NCBI GenBank assembly: GCA_016784145.1
Contig: JADHVF010000001.1
Location: 26,367 to 90,366 of the forward strand
DNA from: Patescibacteria group bacterium
GTDB taxonomy: Bacteria; Patescibacteriota; Patescibacteriia; UBA2591; UBA6264
Direction: 5' to 3'
Length of the DNA stretch: 64,000 bases
Below the pieces are notes generated by a model. That model saw only the letters and a list, made by a program, of their open reading frames with translations. It had not been told where the DNA came from and searched no databases. This document shows positions 1 through 9,408 of the stretch, one piece after another (position 1 is the stretch's first letter; each line of letters starts with the position of its first letter). The position numbers and the translations under genes were made by a program.

Positions 1-2502
1 GATGAATATTTAGAATCATTAGAACCAATATCTGTTGAAGCAGAACCAATTGTTGCAGATATTAAGATAGATGCTTATGGAGATGAATATGTAGAGTTTG
101 CTGGTGAAAAATTTTATCAACCAGCTGGAGCTGAAATACTATCAACAACTGTTGATGGACATCCAGCAATTGAATTAATAAATACAGATGGCCAGACAAT
201 AGAAATTGTTGATTTTGGAGAAAATGGTGGATTAAAGTATTCAGCAGAATGGCCTACAGGAGAAGTTGATTATGTTGATTACAATGTATTAGGACATGAC
301 GGGTTAGTGGAAAATGGTTTTACAGAAAAGCCATGGATCAATGAATTTAATGAAGTTTTAAATGCTGAAACATTTGACGAAACAAAAGCTAAAGATTTAT
401 TATCAGATACATTACAAAAAGGTGGTTATTTAAAAGATGCTCAAGAAACAAAAGTATTTTTGCAAGTTTTGGGAGGGGAAGATGGCCATATAGACAAAAA
501 TCTTGGTGGACTTTTAGCAGGTTCTGGTAAATTTGATGAAAATGTTTTGAAAGATGCTACTGAACACTTTAAGCAAGCCACAACTAGTGAAGAATTGCCT
601 GATAGTGAAAATTGGACGCCAAGATATATTTATAATGAGGAAGGAGAGGCAGAATTAACAAATTTTCGAAAAATCGGCTGGCATAAATATGAAATTTCCC
701 ATCAAGATGGTAGTATTGAATCAATCAAGGGAGCAGGATTTCTTGGCAAAGATACTGCTGAAGACAAGCTTCAAGATTTAATGACTAAAAAAGTAGTTGA
801 AGACGTTGAACCAGTGACCCCTGACGTTGAACCAGTGACGACAGGGGGAGAGCCAGTGACGACAGAGGGAGAACCAGTGACGACAAAGGAAGAGTCAGTG
901 ACGACAAAGGAAGAGTCAGTGACGACAGAAGAAGAGTCAGTGACGACAGAGGGAGAACCAGTGACCTCTGAGGGTGAACCAGTGACTCTTGATATTGAAC
1001 CAGTAACTCCTGAGGGTGAAGTAACTGAAGAGGTTGTTCCAAAAACCACAGATGCGGAAACCCTTGACGTTGAACCAGTGACTCCTGATGTTGAACCAGT
1101 ATCAGAAATTCCAACATTTGATAGTGTAATTGCTAAAGGGGATAGTACATTCTCGTCAGACAATAAAGAAGAACTTCTAGCAACAATAAATAAATGGCAA
1201 AATACTCCAGAAGGAACAAAACAAGAAATCACAAATTATTTAGGAGAAAATGGGTCATATCCAAGTGCTGAAAAATATATTATAACTCAAACTCCTAATA
1301 ATACAGCCCAGATTGATTTTTTTAATAAAGATGATGAAATGTTGGGAAGCAGTTATACAAGCGGGAGCTTTAGGACTGAACTGCCAACAGGAGGTGCTGA
1401 CAGTCTAGCAGCAGAAGGTGATAGCGCTGAAGAAGTTGTTCCAAAAACCACAGATGCGGAAACCCCTGATGTTGAACCAGTGACCCCTGATGTTGAACCA
1501 GTGACTCCTGACGTTGAACCAGTGACTCCTGACGTTGAACCTGCTGAACAACTATTGGATAATCAAGCGACTCAGCTATCAAATGGTGAGATTACAGCAA
1601 AGGATTTTATTAATAATAGGCTGAAAGCTAATGATGGGATGATTCATAAATCAGGATCTAATAATGATTTTAGTGGGGATATGGAAAAAATATATTATAG
1701 TAGTAATTTATCTACTGATGATAAAATTAAAGTTTTGCAAGAAATTAATGAAGAAATAGAATCTAATAATCGTTATAAAGTAATTAGTGGTAGCATAAAG
1801 GAAAATCTTGAATTCTTAGAAAGACGGCAAAGCTATGAAAAATTTATGAGTAGTGATGTTTATGATGAAAGAATAACAGCATTAAATGAAATATTTGAAA
1901 GCAAGGATGTTGACGAAGGCATTGTTATGATTAATCGAAAAATATTCTCAAGAGATGCGGAGGGCGACATTTCTTATTTGGGGGATAATTTTAGTACCAA
2001 AGATCAATTTATACCAGTTAAGATAGATGCTGGGAATATAAATGACATAGCAGAAGGGAATATAGAGTTAGACCCTGTAGAAACCACAGAGCCAGTGACG
2101 ACAGAGGGAGAACCAGTGACTTCTGAGGGTGAACCAGTGACTTCTGAGGGTGAACCAGTGACTTCTGAGGGTGAACCAGTGACTTCTGAGGGTGAACCAG
2201 TGACGACAGAGGGAGAGCCAGTAACTTCTGAGGGTGAACCAGTGACTCCTGATGTTGAACCAGTGACTCCTGACGTTGAACCAGTGACAACAGAGGGAGA
2301 GTCAGAGATAGTTCCTGATTCAAAATTTGGTACTTATGACGAGTTTAGTAAAACCGCTGAGGCCATGACAGTCGGCACTAAGTTTAATATGGGCGGGATT
2401 GAATTTATGAGATTGACTGAGTATGGCGATATTTTAGTAGTAGAAGATGGTTCAATTATAAAAGATAAAGAAGATTGGCAGGAATTTTTAAAGAAACAAT
2501 GA
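1..2502 (+). CDS. Large acidic repeat-containing secreted/surface protein (5' end outside window; frame 1 is open from nt 1, so the ATG at 307 in the ORF track is internal)
   Basis: Frame 1 translates without a stop from nt 1 (DEYLESLEPISVEAEPIVADIKIDAYGDEYVEF...) into the 731-aa ORF. The protein is Glu/Asp/Thr/Pro-rich with four arrays of EPVT[PT][DE][VG] heptads and has no recognisable catalytic motifs. Confidence 0.55.
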   Translation, partial: DEYLESLEPISVEAEPIVADIKIDAYGDEYVEFAGEKFYQPAGAEILSTTVDGHPAIELINTDGQTIEIVDFGENGGLKYSAEWPTGEVDYVDYNVLGHDGLVENGFTEKPWINEFNEVLNAETFDETKAKDLLSDTLQKGGYLKDAQETKVFLQVLGGEDGHIDKNLGGLLAGSGKFDENVLKDATEHFKQATTSEELPDSENWTPRYIYNEEGEAELTNFRKIGWHKYEISHQDGSIESIKGAGFLGKDTAEDKLQDLMTKKVVEDVEPVTPDVEPVTTGGEPVTTEGEPVTTKEESVTTKEESVTTEEESVTTEGEPVTSEGEPVTLDIEPVTPEGEVTEEVVPKTTDAETLDVEPVTPDVEPVSEIPTFDSVIAKGDSTFSSDNKEELLATINKWQNTPEGTKQEITNYLGENGSYPSAEKYIITQTPNNTAQIDFFNKDDEMLGSSYTSGSFRTELPTGGADSLAAEGDSAEEVVPKTTDAETPDVEPVTPDVEPVTPDVEPVTPDVEPAEQLLDNQATQLSNGEITAKDFINNRLKANDGMIHKSGSNNDFSGDMEKIYYSSNLSTDDKIKVLQEINEEIESNNRYKVISGSIKENLEFLERRQSYEKFMSSDVYDERITALNEIFESKDVDEGIVMINRKIFSRDAEGDISYLGDNFSTKDQFIPVKIDAGNINDIAEGNIELDPVETTEPVTTEGEPVTSEGEPVTSEGEPVTSEGEPVTSEGEPVTTEGEPVTSEGEPVTPDVEPVTPDVEPVTTEGESEIVPDSKFGTYDEFSKTAEAMTVGTKFNMGGIEFMRLTEYGDILVVEDGSIIKDKEDWQEFLKKQ
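803..1030. repeat. Tandem 21-bp repeats (gttgaaccagtgac[gt]cctga[ct]-type) encoding EPVTxxx heptads, array 1 (approximate bounds)
   Basis: Direct reading shows repeated ccagtgacgacagagggagaa / gaaccagtgac units in frame with the CDS. Confidence 0.8.
1440..1548. repeat. Tandem 21-bp repeats, array 2 (4x cctga[ct]gttgaaccagtgac)
   Basis: Near-identical 21-mers. The preceding 40 bp (gaagaagttgttccaaaaaccacagatgcggaaaccc) also duplicate nt 1024-1066. Confidence 0.8.
2088..2300. repeat. Tandem 21-bp repeats, array 3 (about 10 units gaaccagtgacttctgagggt)
   Basis: Five consecutive identical 21-mers (ccagtgacttctgagggtgaa) plus variants. They encode TEGEPVTSEGEPVTSEGEPVT... Confidence 0.85.
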
Positions 2503-2586
2503 AGGAAAAAAAGACGTGTCTCTTAATGGTCGTTGTTTTGTTGACTCACTATTAGAGATTTACATCATTTAATTTAAATAAAAAAA

Positions 2587-2613
2587 GGATCTGTCGTTGA
2601 CAGAACCTTTTTG
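2587..2613 (+). terminator. Rho-independent terminator after the surface-protein gene
   Basis: The stem pairs ggatctgtc with gacagaacc (one mismatch) around loop gtt, followed by ctttttgg. Confidence 0.5.
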
Positions 2614-2940
2614 GTTAACTTTACTTTTTCTTAAAGTGCTATACAATAGCAGCATATTTTTTATTTTTTGTTAATCTCTTTAAAAATTTATAAATGGTTC
2701 CGTATTTTGAACGAAATTCGAATTTTTTTCAAAGAAAATCTCGAACAAGAATAAGGTGCGTTTTTCTGCCTACCAACAGGTAGGTCTACATTTTTTAGTT
2801 TTTTCCTACGCAATTTTTTTCTCGCCTGCGCTGAGGATTAGGTGGGCAGGTAAAAGGAAAAGGCGATTTTTCTGCTCGGCTTTGGTGCTAAATCGTGTGG
2901 CATAGTGAATCTTCGCAAGGATTATTTGTCCGATTTTGGC

Positions 2941-2969
2941 TTGTTAAAAACTAATTTTTATGGTATAAT
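2941..2969 (+). promoter_or_regulatory. Sigma70-type promoter for gyrB (TTGTTA-17-TATAAT with TGg extended -10)
   Basis: ttgtta at 2941-2946, a 17-nt spacer, then tataat at 2964-2969 preceded by tgg. It lies 38 bp upstream of the gyrB ATG. Confidence 0.5.
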
Positions 2970-3006
2970 ATTGGTATGTTAATAAATAAATCAACGTTCT
3001 AATTCT

Positions 3007-5070
3007 ATGAATACAAAGGCAAACCAGAAGGATACTCAAAATAAAAAACAAGCAAAAAAAAGTTCTTATGGAGCTAGTCAAATTACTGTTTTGGAAGGGT
3101 TGGCGCCAGTTAGAAAAAGGCCGGCAATGTATATTGGCTCAACTGGTTCAAGAGGGTTGCATCATTTAATTTGGGAATGTGTTGATAATGGAATTGACGA
3201 AGCAATTGCAGGTCATTGTAATAGAATAGAAATAGAACTTTTGCCTGAATCAAAGATTAGAGTTAGTGACAATGGTAGAGGAATTCCAGTTGATATTCAT
3301 AAGCAAGCAGGTGTGTCAGCTTTAGAAGTTGTTATGACTAAGCTTCATGCTGGAGCAAAATTTAGTTCAGAAACATACAAGGTGTCAGGAGGGTTGCACG
3401 GGGTTGGCATTTCTGTTGTTAACGCCTTGTCGTCTAAAATGAGAGCAGAAGTTAAAAGGGAAGGTAAGTTATGGGTGCAAGAATATAAAGAAGGAAAACC
3501 ATTAAGGAAAGTTAAATCAATTGGTAAATCAACAAGTACAGGGACCACGGTTATTTTTCAGCCAGATTTTAGTATATTTGATGAAAATGAATTTAAATGG
3601 GAGGTAATACTTTCTCATTTAAGACAACAGGCCTATTTAACAAGTGGGCTGATTATTAAAATTATTGATAGCAGAGAAGAAAAAGATAAGCGATCTTATA
3701 AGTTTTATTTTGAAGGAGGAGTTAGTTCTTTTGTTCGACATCTGAACAGAACAAATGAGTGTCGTCACGAAAATATTTTTTATATGAAAAAAGAAGTTGA
3801 TGATGTTTTTGTAGAAATAGGACTTCAATATACAGAGGATTATAAAGAAACTATTTTTGGGTTTGCTAATAATATTTATACACCAGAAGGAGGAACTCAT
3901 ATTTCTGGGTTCAGAACTGCTTTAACCAGAACTTTAAATAATTTTGCTAGAGAAAAAGGATATATAAAAGAAAAGGATTCTAATCTGACAGGGGATGATG
4001 TGAGAGAGGGGTTAACAACTGTTGTTAGTGTGAGATTACCAAATCCTCAGTTTGAAGGGCAGACAAAGGCAAAGCTTGGTAATGCCGAAGCAAGGTCATC
4101 TGTTGATACGGCTTTTTCAACTATTTTTAAAGAATTTTTAGATGAAAATCCAAAAGATTTTCAAGCAATTATTCAGAAATGTATTTTAGCATCAAATGCC
4201 CGTAAAGCTGCCAGAACAGCCAAGGAAGCGGTTTTAAGGAAAGGGGTTTTAGATAGTTTGTCATTGCCTGGCAAGTTATCAGATTGTTCTTCTAAAAAAC
4301 CAGAAGAAAGTGAATTATTCATAGTTGAGGGAGATAGTGCCGGAGGCTCGTGTAAAATGGGGCGGGACAGAAATTATCAGGCGATTTTACCGTTAAGGGG
4401 CAAAATACTTAATGTTCAAAGAGCTAGGTTGGATAAAATTTTAGCAAATCAAGAATTAAAATCATTAGTGATTGCTATGGGAACAGGAATTGGAGAACAG
4501 TTCAATATAGCCAAACTAAGATATCATAAAATAATTTTAATGGCTGATGCAGATAGTGATGGCATGCATATTAAAACACTTTTATTAACATTTTTTTATC
4601 ATTATTTCCCAGAATTAATTAAAAAAGGATATGTATATGTGGCCATGCCTCCTTTATATAGACTGAAGAAAGGGAAAAAAGTTATTTATGTTTTTACAGA
4701 GGAAGAAAAAGAAAGAGAACTAGCCAAGTTACAAAAAGTAAAAGACGTAAAACCGGCCAAAGCAACTACGATTGTAAAAGGGTTTAGAACTAAAAGCATT
4801 GGAGAAGATACAGATAAACAAGAAGTTCAAGAGGACCCAACCAAATTACCAGCAGTCAGTATTCAGAGATATAAAGGGTTAGGCGAAATGAATCCAGATG
4901 AGTTATTTGACACAACCATGGACCCAGACAAAAGGTTGTTAAAAAAGATAGAGATACAAGACCTTGAATCAGTTGATGAAGTTTTTGAAATTTTAATGGG
5001 CAAGGAAGTTGCACCGAGAAAAAGATTTATTCAAACCCATGCTAAAACAGTTAAAAATCTTGACATTTAA
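3007..5070 (+). CDS. gyrB: DNA gyrase subunit B
   Basis: The GHKL ATPase motif GLHHLIWECVDNGIDEAIAGHC is present. Toprim motifs EGDSAGGS and PLRGKILNV are present, as is the C-terminal QRYKGLGEM region. Length 687 aa. Confidence 0.9.
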   Translation: MNTKANQKDTQNKKQAKKSSYGASQITVLEGLAPVRKRPAMYIGSTGSRGLHHLIWECVDNGIDEAIAGHCNRIEIELLPESKIRVSDNGRGIPVDIHKQAGVSALEVVMTKLHAGAKFSSETYKVSGGLHGVGISVVNALSSKMRAEVKREGKLWVQEYKEGKPLRKVKSIGKSTSTGTTVIFQPDFSIFDENEFKWEVILSHLRQQAYLTSGLIIKIIDSREEKDKRSYKFYFEGGVSSFVRHLNRTNECRHENIFYMKKEVDDVFVEIGLQYTEDYKETIFGFANNIYTPEGGTHISGFRTALTRTLNNFAREKGYIKEKDSNLTGDDVREGLTTVVSVRLPNPQFEGQTKAKLGNAEARSSVDTAFSTIFKEFLDENPKDFQAIIQKCILASNARKAARTAKEAVLRKGVLDSLSLPGKLSDCSSKKPEESELFIVEGDSAGGSCKMGRDRNYQAILPLRGKILNVQRARLDKILANQELKSLVIAMGTGIGEQFNIAKLRYHKIILMADADSDGMHIKTLLLTFFYHYFPELIKKGYVYVAMPPLYRLKKGKKVIYVFTEEEKERELAKLQKVKDVKPAKATTIVKGFRTKSIGEDTDKQEVQEDPTKLPAVSIQRYKGLGEMNPDELFDTTMDPDKRLLKKIEIQDLESVDEVFEILMGKEVAPRKRFIQTHAKTVKNLDI

Positions 5071-5093
5071 TTTTTATATGTTATGATTTTATA

Positions 5094-5116
5094 GGACCCG
5101 CCCAGGGGTCATTTTA
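5094..5116 (+). terminator. Weak hairpin plus T-run after gyrB
   Basis: ggaccc gcccag gggtc followed by atttt. The stem is short (5-6 bp), so confidence is low. Confidence 0.3.
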
Positions 5117-5138
5117 AGAATTTTTTATTTAAAAATAT

Positions 5139-5321
5139 ATGGTAAAAAAATTCACAGATTATATTAAAAATTCAATTATAGAATTAAGAAAAGTTGAGTG
5201 GCCAAGCAGAGAACAAGCAATAAAACATACTATACTTGTTGTTGGGGTGAGTCTTGTAGTAGCTGCTTTTTTAGGAGTAATTGATTTTATATTAACTAAT
5301 GTTTTGCAACTAGTAATTTAA
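5139..5321 (+). CDS. secE: Preprotein translocase subunit SecE
   Basis: A 60-aa protein with a single C-terminal TM helix (ILVVGVSLVVAAFLGVIDFIL) sits immediately upstream of nusG, the conserved secE-nusG arrangement. Confidence 0.7.
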   Translation: MVKKFTDYIKNSIIELRKVEWPSREQAIKHTILVVGVSLVVAAFLGVIDFILTNVLQLVI

Positions 5322-5341
5322 TTTTTATTTTTTAAAAAAAT

Positions 5342-5887
5342 ATGCCAAAGCAAATACAAAAAGAAGGCCGTCAATGGTATGCAATTCATGTTTATTCGGG
5401 CTATGAAGAAAATGTTTCAGAAACATTAAAAAAAAGAATTAAATCAATGAACATGTCTGATAAGATTTTTGAAGTATTGGTTCCAACAGAAAAGAAAATC
5501 AAAGTTAAAAATGGTAGGCGTAGGACTATTGTTGAAAAAATTTTTCCTGGATATGTTTTAGTTAGAATGGTTGTTGATGATGATTCTTGGTATGCTGTTA
5601 GAAATACACCAAGTGTGACAGGTTTTATTGGGTCGGGAGTGACGCCAACGCCTTTGTCTGATCAAGAAATAAAGTCAATAAAAAAGAGAATGAAAATAGA
5701 GGAGCCAAAGTACAAGATAGATATTGCTATTAATTCGCCAGTTAAAATAATAGATGGCCCGTTTAAGGGATTTGAAGGAAGAGTTTCAGAGGTGGATGAA
5801 GCTAGAGGGAGAATAAAGGTATTAATTTCAGTTTTTGGTAGAGAAACTCCAGCTGAATTAGATTTTTTGCAAATTAAAAAAATATAG
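5342..5887 (+). CDS. nusG: Transcription termination/antitermination factor NusG
   Basis: N-terminal [12 protein letters not shown] and a C-terminal KOW motif ([19 protein letters not shown]). Conserved position before rplK. Confidence 0.85.
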   Translation: MPKQIQKEGRQWYAIHVYSGYEENVSETLKKRIKSMNMSDKIFEVLVPTEKKIKVKNGRRRTIVEKIFPGYVLVRMVVDDDSWYAVRNTPSVTGFIGSGVTPTPLSDQEIKSIKKRMKIEEPKYKIDIAINSPVKIIDGPFKGFEGRVSEVDEARGRIKVLISVFGRETPAELDFLQIKKI

Positions 5888-5907
5888 GATTAAGATTTAT
5901 ATTCTTT

Positions 5908-6330
5908 ATGAAAAAAATAAAAAGCACAATTAAATTACAAATTATGGCAGGGCAAGCAACTCCTGCTCCTCCTATTGGTCCAATTCTTGGACAGCACGGG
6001 CTTAATATAGCTGAATTTTGTAAGCAATTTAATGATAGAAGCAAGGATATGTCGGGCGACATTATTCCTGTTAGGATAACTGTTTTTCAGGACAATACAT
6101 ATTCTTTTGTTTTAAAAACGCCCTTAGCGTCTTCATTGATTAAAAAAGCTGTTAATGTTAAAAAAGGATCAAGTAGCCCTCTTCAAGAAAAAGTGGGCAA
6201 AATATCTAAATCCAAGATTGAAGAAATAGCTAAAATTAAAATGCCTGACCTAAATACTAATAATCTTGAGCAGGCTTGCAAAATTATACAAGGAACAGCC
6301 AGACAGATGGGAATAGAGACAGAAGAATAA
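5908..6330 (+). CDS. rplK: 50S ribosomal protein L11
   Basis: [30 protein letters not shown] is the characteristic L11 N-terminal domain. Confidence 0.9.
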   Translation: MKKIKSTIKLQIMAGQATPAPPIGPILGQHGLNIAEFCKQFNDRSKDMSGDIIPVRITVFQDNTYSFVLKTPLASSLIKKAVNVKKGSSSPLQEKVGKISKSKIEEIAKIKMPDLNTNNLEQACKIIQGTARQMGIETEE

Positions 6331-6349
6331 ATAATTATATAAGTATTTT

Positions 6350-7027
6350 ATGAAAAGCAAGAAACATCAAAACATATCCTCAAAAATAGATAAATCTAAA
6401 TTATATAGTTTAGATGAAGCAATTGATTTTATTAAGAAAAATCCAGTTGTGAAATTTGAAGAATCAATTGAAGCACATATTCATTTAGGGATAAATCCAA
6501 TTAAGACAGAGCAAAAGGTTAGGGGGTCTATTTTATTACCAAATCCAATGCCAAAGAAAATCAAAATAGTTGCTTTTGTGTCTGACAAGCAGAAGAAATC
6601 AGCCAAAGAAGCAGGGGCTGACTTAGTTGGAGGAGAAGATTTGATTGATCAGATTAGTAAAGAAAAAAAATGTAATTTTGATATAGCTGTAGCAGAGCCA
6701 GCCATGATGCAAATATTGTCTAAAATAGCAAAAGTTTTAGGACCAAAAGGGTTAATGCCAAGTGAAAAAGCAGAAACGCTTGGCAATGATGTTTCTAGTA
6801 TAATTAAGCAAATCAAGGCAGGTAAAATTTTCTTTAGAAATGATGCAGGAGCAAATATTCATTGTGCTATTGGTAAGTCTTCATGGGAAGCAGGCAAAAT
6901 AAAGGAAAACCTTGATGCTCTTTTAACTTTATTAAAAAAAATAAAACCCTCTGGAACAAAGGGTGAATTTATTAGAAAAATTTTTATTTGTTCAACAATG
7001 GGGCCTGCAATAGAAATTAGTTTATAG
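6350..7027 (+). CDS. rplA: 50S ribosomal protein L1
   Basis: GADLVGGEDLIDQI and LGPKGLMP motifs. Conserved position after rplK. Confidence 0.9.
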   Translation: MKSKKHQNISSKIDKSKLYSLDEAIDFIKKNPVVKFEESIEAHIHLGINPIKTEQKVRGSILLPNPMPKKIKIVAFVSDKQKKSAKEAGADLVGGEDLIDQISKEKKCNFDIAVAEPAMMQILSKIAKVLGPKGLMPSEKAETLGNDVSSIIKQIKAGKIFFRNDAGANIHCAIGKSSWEAGKIKENLDALLTLLKKIKPSGTKGEFIRKIFICSTMGPAIEISL

Positions 7028-8414
7028 TTCTTTTTTTGATACTTGGCCCATTCGGCTTATCTTCTATATCAAATCCTAATTTATTAATTTGTTTTCTTAG
7101 TTTATCAGATTCTTCCCATTCTTGATTGTCTCTCATTACTTGGCGTTGAATAGCCATTTTTTTTATTTTAGCAGGAATTTTTGCCTGTTTTTTAATTTTA
7201 TCAAGCCCAAGACAGAGAACTTTATCAAAATCTAATATAGTGGCCAGTTTGTCTGCTTGTTTGTGATTACTTTTTATAATATCCCACATAATAGCAATTG
7301 CTGCTGGCGTATCTAAATCATTATTAATGGCTGTTTGAAATTTTTTCTGGTATAATTTTATTATTTTGCTTGGACGATTATATGATGATATTGTGTTATA
7401 TAGATTATTTAATGCATTTTGGCTTGATTTTAAGTTTTGCCAGGAAAAGGAAAGAGGAGACCTATATTTAGCGCTTAAACAGAGATATCTGTATGCAATT
7501 GGATTAAAATTTTTGGCAATTAGGGTTGATAGAGTTATAAATGTTTCTTTGCTTTTTGACATTTTGGCTTTATCAAGAATAAGAAATTCATTGTGTACCC
7601 AATAATTTGCTAGTGGTTTGTGGTTAATTGCTTGTGCTTGTGCAATTTCGTTTGTGTGATGAACAGGGATATGGTCAATTCCTCCAGTATGAATGTCAAA
7701 CGGTTGTTTTAAGTATTTAACTGACATGGTTGAACATTCAATGTGCCAGCCAGGCCATCCTTTTCCCCAAGGAGAATCCCATTGCATGATATGATTTTTA
7801 TTTTTAGGGGTTGATTTAAGCCAAAGAGCAAAATCGGTTGGAGTTTTTTTAGTAGGGTTTACACAAACTCTGGCTCCGTGTAAAAGATTTTCAATGTCTA
7901 TTTTAGCAATTTTTCCATAATTTTTAAGCTTGGCAGTATCAAAATAAATTCCATCAGCTGTTTCGTAGCAATAGCCATTTTTTTCAATTTTTTTAATATC
8001 TGATATCATGTCTTCAACATGTTCAGTTGCTTTTGCCCATTTACTAGGATGAGAAATATTTAATTTTGTAATATCAGATTTAAATGCATTAGTATAAAAA
8101 TTAGATATTTGTTTCATTGAATTAATATCTAGTTTTTTACCCTCCCTTTTAATGGCTGTTATTATCTTGTCTTCGCCTTCATCTTGGTCAGAAGTTAGAT
8201 GTCCAACATCAGTAATATTTATTACATGTTTTATTTTATAATCATTATATTCCAATGTTTTTTTTAGTATATCAGCAAAAATATATGCCCTTAAGTTTCC
8301 AATATGGGCATAATTATAAACAGTTGGACCACAACTATATAACCCAACCTGTTTTAGTTTAATTGGTCTAAATATTTCTTTTTTTCTTGTTAGAGTATTA
8401 TATAATTTTATCAT
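7017..8414 (-). CDS. cysS: Cysteinyl-tRNA synthetase
   Basis: Class I HIGH motif (YNYAHIGNLRAY), KMSKS motif (AKMSKSKETF), CGPTVY N-terminus and the WPGWHIECS zinc-site motif. Confidence 0.9.
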   Translation of the reverse strand: MIKLYNTLTRKKEIFRPIKLKQVGLYSCGPTVYNYAHIGNLRAYIFADILKKTLEYNDYKIKHVINITDVGHLTSDQDEGEDKIITAIKREGKKLDINSMKQISNFYTNAFKSDITKLNISHPSKWAKATEHVEDMISDIKKIEKNGYCYETADGIYFDTAKLKNYGKIAKIDIENLLHGARVCVNPTKKTPTDFALWLKSTPKNKNHIMQWDSPWGKGWPGWHIECSTMSVKYLKQPFDIHTGGIDHIPVHHTNEIAQAQAINHKPLANYWVHNEFLILDKAKMSKSKETFITLSTLIAKNFNPIAYRYLCLSAKYRSPLSFSWQNLKSSQNALNNLYNTISSYNRPSKIIKLYQKKFQTAINNDLDTPAAIAIMWDIIKSNHKQADKLATILDFDKVLCLGLDKIKKQAKIPAKIKKMAIQRQVMRDNQEWEESDKLRKQINKLGFDIEDKPNGPSIKKRTIN

Positions 8415-8419
8415 TTTTA

Positions 8420-9361
8420 TTAAAGTATTTTTTTTCTTTTAAAGTTATATATCATAATTAGAACAATCATTATCATTACAGCAATAATCCAAAAAAATGC
8501 AAATTTATGACCTGAAAAAGGGATATGGTCTAACCCCATACTAAAGAGGCTGGCTAGCAATGTTAATGGCAATATAATTACAGAAATAATAGTCAAGATT
8601 TTAATAATATTGTTTAGTTTGAACGAAATTAAAGAATTGTTAGTTGTTTCAATTGCTTGAATTATTTGATTCATGCTTTCCATATCTCGCCAGTTTTTTT
8701 CAGTGCTTTCAATCAATTTATCAAAATAAAATTTTATTTCTTCTAAAGAAGGTTTTAGGTTGTTTCTTTCAATAAATTTTAAAAGGATTGTTTTATGTAG
8801 TCGTATTACTTTTTTGATATTAATAATATTTGTTTTAGCAATTAGAATTTCGTTAACCATGCCTTTTTCTCTGCCTGCAAATATTTGTTTTTCAATATTT
8901 TGTATATTATTATTTATGATGTCTAAAATTGGTTCACAATTTTTTAATAATCTCTTCAAAATTTGATATACAAGAAAGTGAGTTTCTATAAAATATTTTT
9001 CTTTTTCTTCTGTTGATATTTTACAGGAATTGAAAAAATTAATTAAATCAGGTAATTCGTTTTTATGTAAAGTAATAATCAAGTCAGAGTAAATAAAAAA
9101 GTTAATCTCAGATGATGTAATTTTTCTTGTTTTTTTATGATAAATAGGAAAATGTAATGATAAAAAAGTATATTTTGAAGTTTTTTCAATTTTTTGATGA
9201 TTGGCATCAGACAAGCACTCATCTATATGTTTTTGATTTATATCAAAATTTTTGGTTAAATATTTTAATTCTTGGTTGTTTAGTTTTGAAATATTTACCC
9301 AAGTTATTTTGTCTGATTTAATTTTTTGTATAATAGATATTGCCATATTTATATAATACAA
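8420..9361 (-). CDS. CorA-family divalent cation transporter with a variant signature loop
   Basis: 313 aa with two C-terminal TM helices and a terminal YNFKRKKIL, matching the CorA YFKRKxWL tail. The loop after TM1 reads FSMGLDHIPF instead of the canonical YGMNFxxMPE. Confidence 0.6.
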   Translation of the reverse strand: MYYINMAISIIQKIKSDKITWVNISKLNNQELKYLTKNFDINQKHIDECLSDANHQKIEKTSKYTFLSLHFPIYHKKTRKITSSEINFFIYSDLIITLHKNELPDLINFFNSCKISTEEKEKYFIETHFLVYQILKRLLKNCEPILDIINNNIQNIEKQIFAGREKGMVNEILIAKTNIINIKKVIRLHKTILLKFIERNNLKPSLEEIKFYFDKLIESTEKNWRDMESMNQIIQAIETTNNSLISFKLNNIIKILTIISVIILPLTLLASLFSMGLDHIPFSGHKFAFFWIIAVMIMIVLIMIYNFKRKKIL

Positions 9362-9408
9362 TTTTTAAATAATTTGCCAAGTGTTAAAAAAATGGTAATA
9401 TTAAGAAT

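Noticed and set aside
771-2323. Antisense ORFs inside the surface-protein gene (771..1232, 785..1117, 1370..1582, 2018..2323, all - strand)
   Set aside because: They lie entirely within the tandem-repeat coding region on the opposite strand. Their translations are low-complexity mirror images of the repeats (SLVQRQ..., VTGSTSG...), so they are artifacts of the open repeat structure.
2503-3006. Replication origin upstream of gyrB
   Set aside because: No cluster of DnaA boxes and no dnaA/dnaN. An AT-rich promoter and a GC-rich structured island are all that is visible.
3345-3900. Small - strand ORFs inside gyrB (3345..3548, 3637..3900). Also similar embedded ORFs inside rplK, cysS, corA, rpsK, rpsD/rpoA, def, groEL, pheS/pheT, acs, the membrane proteins, copA and others
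   Set aside because: Each is fully contained in a longer ORF with strong homology-based identity on the other strand or frame. Their translations are hydrophobic or low-complexity, typical of AT-rich antisense noise.
5070-5139. tRNA-Trp expected upstream of secE, as in many bacteria
   Set aside because: The 68-bp gap contains only a short hairpin and AT-rich sequence. No cloverleaf can be folded.
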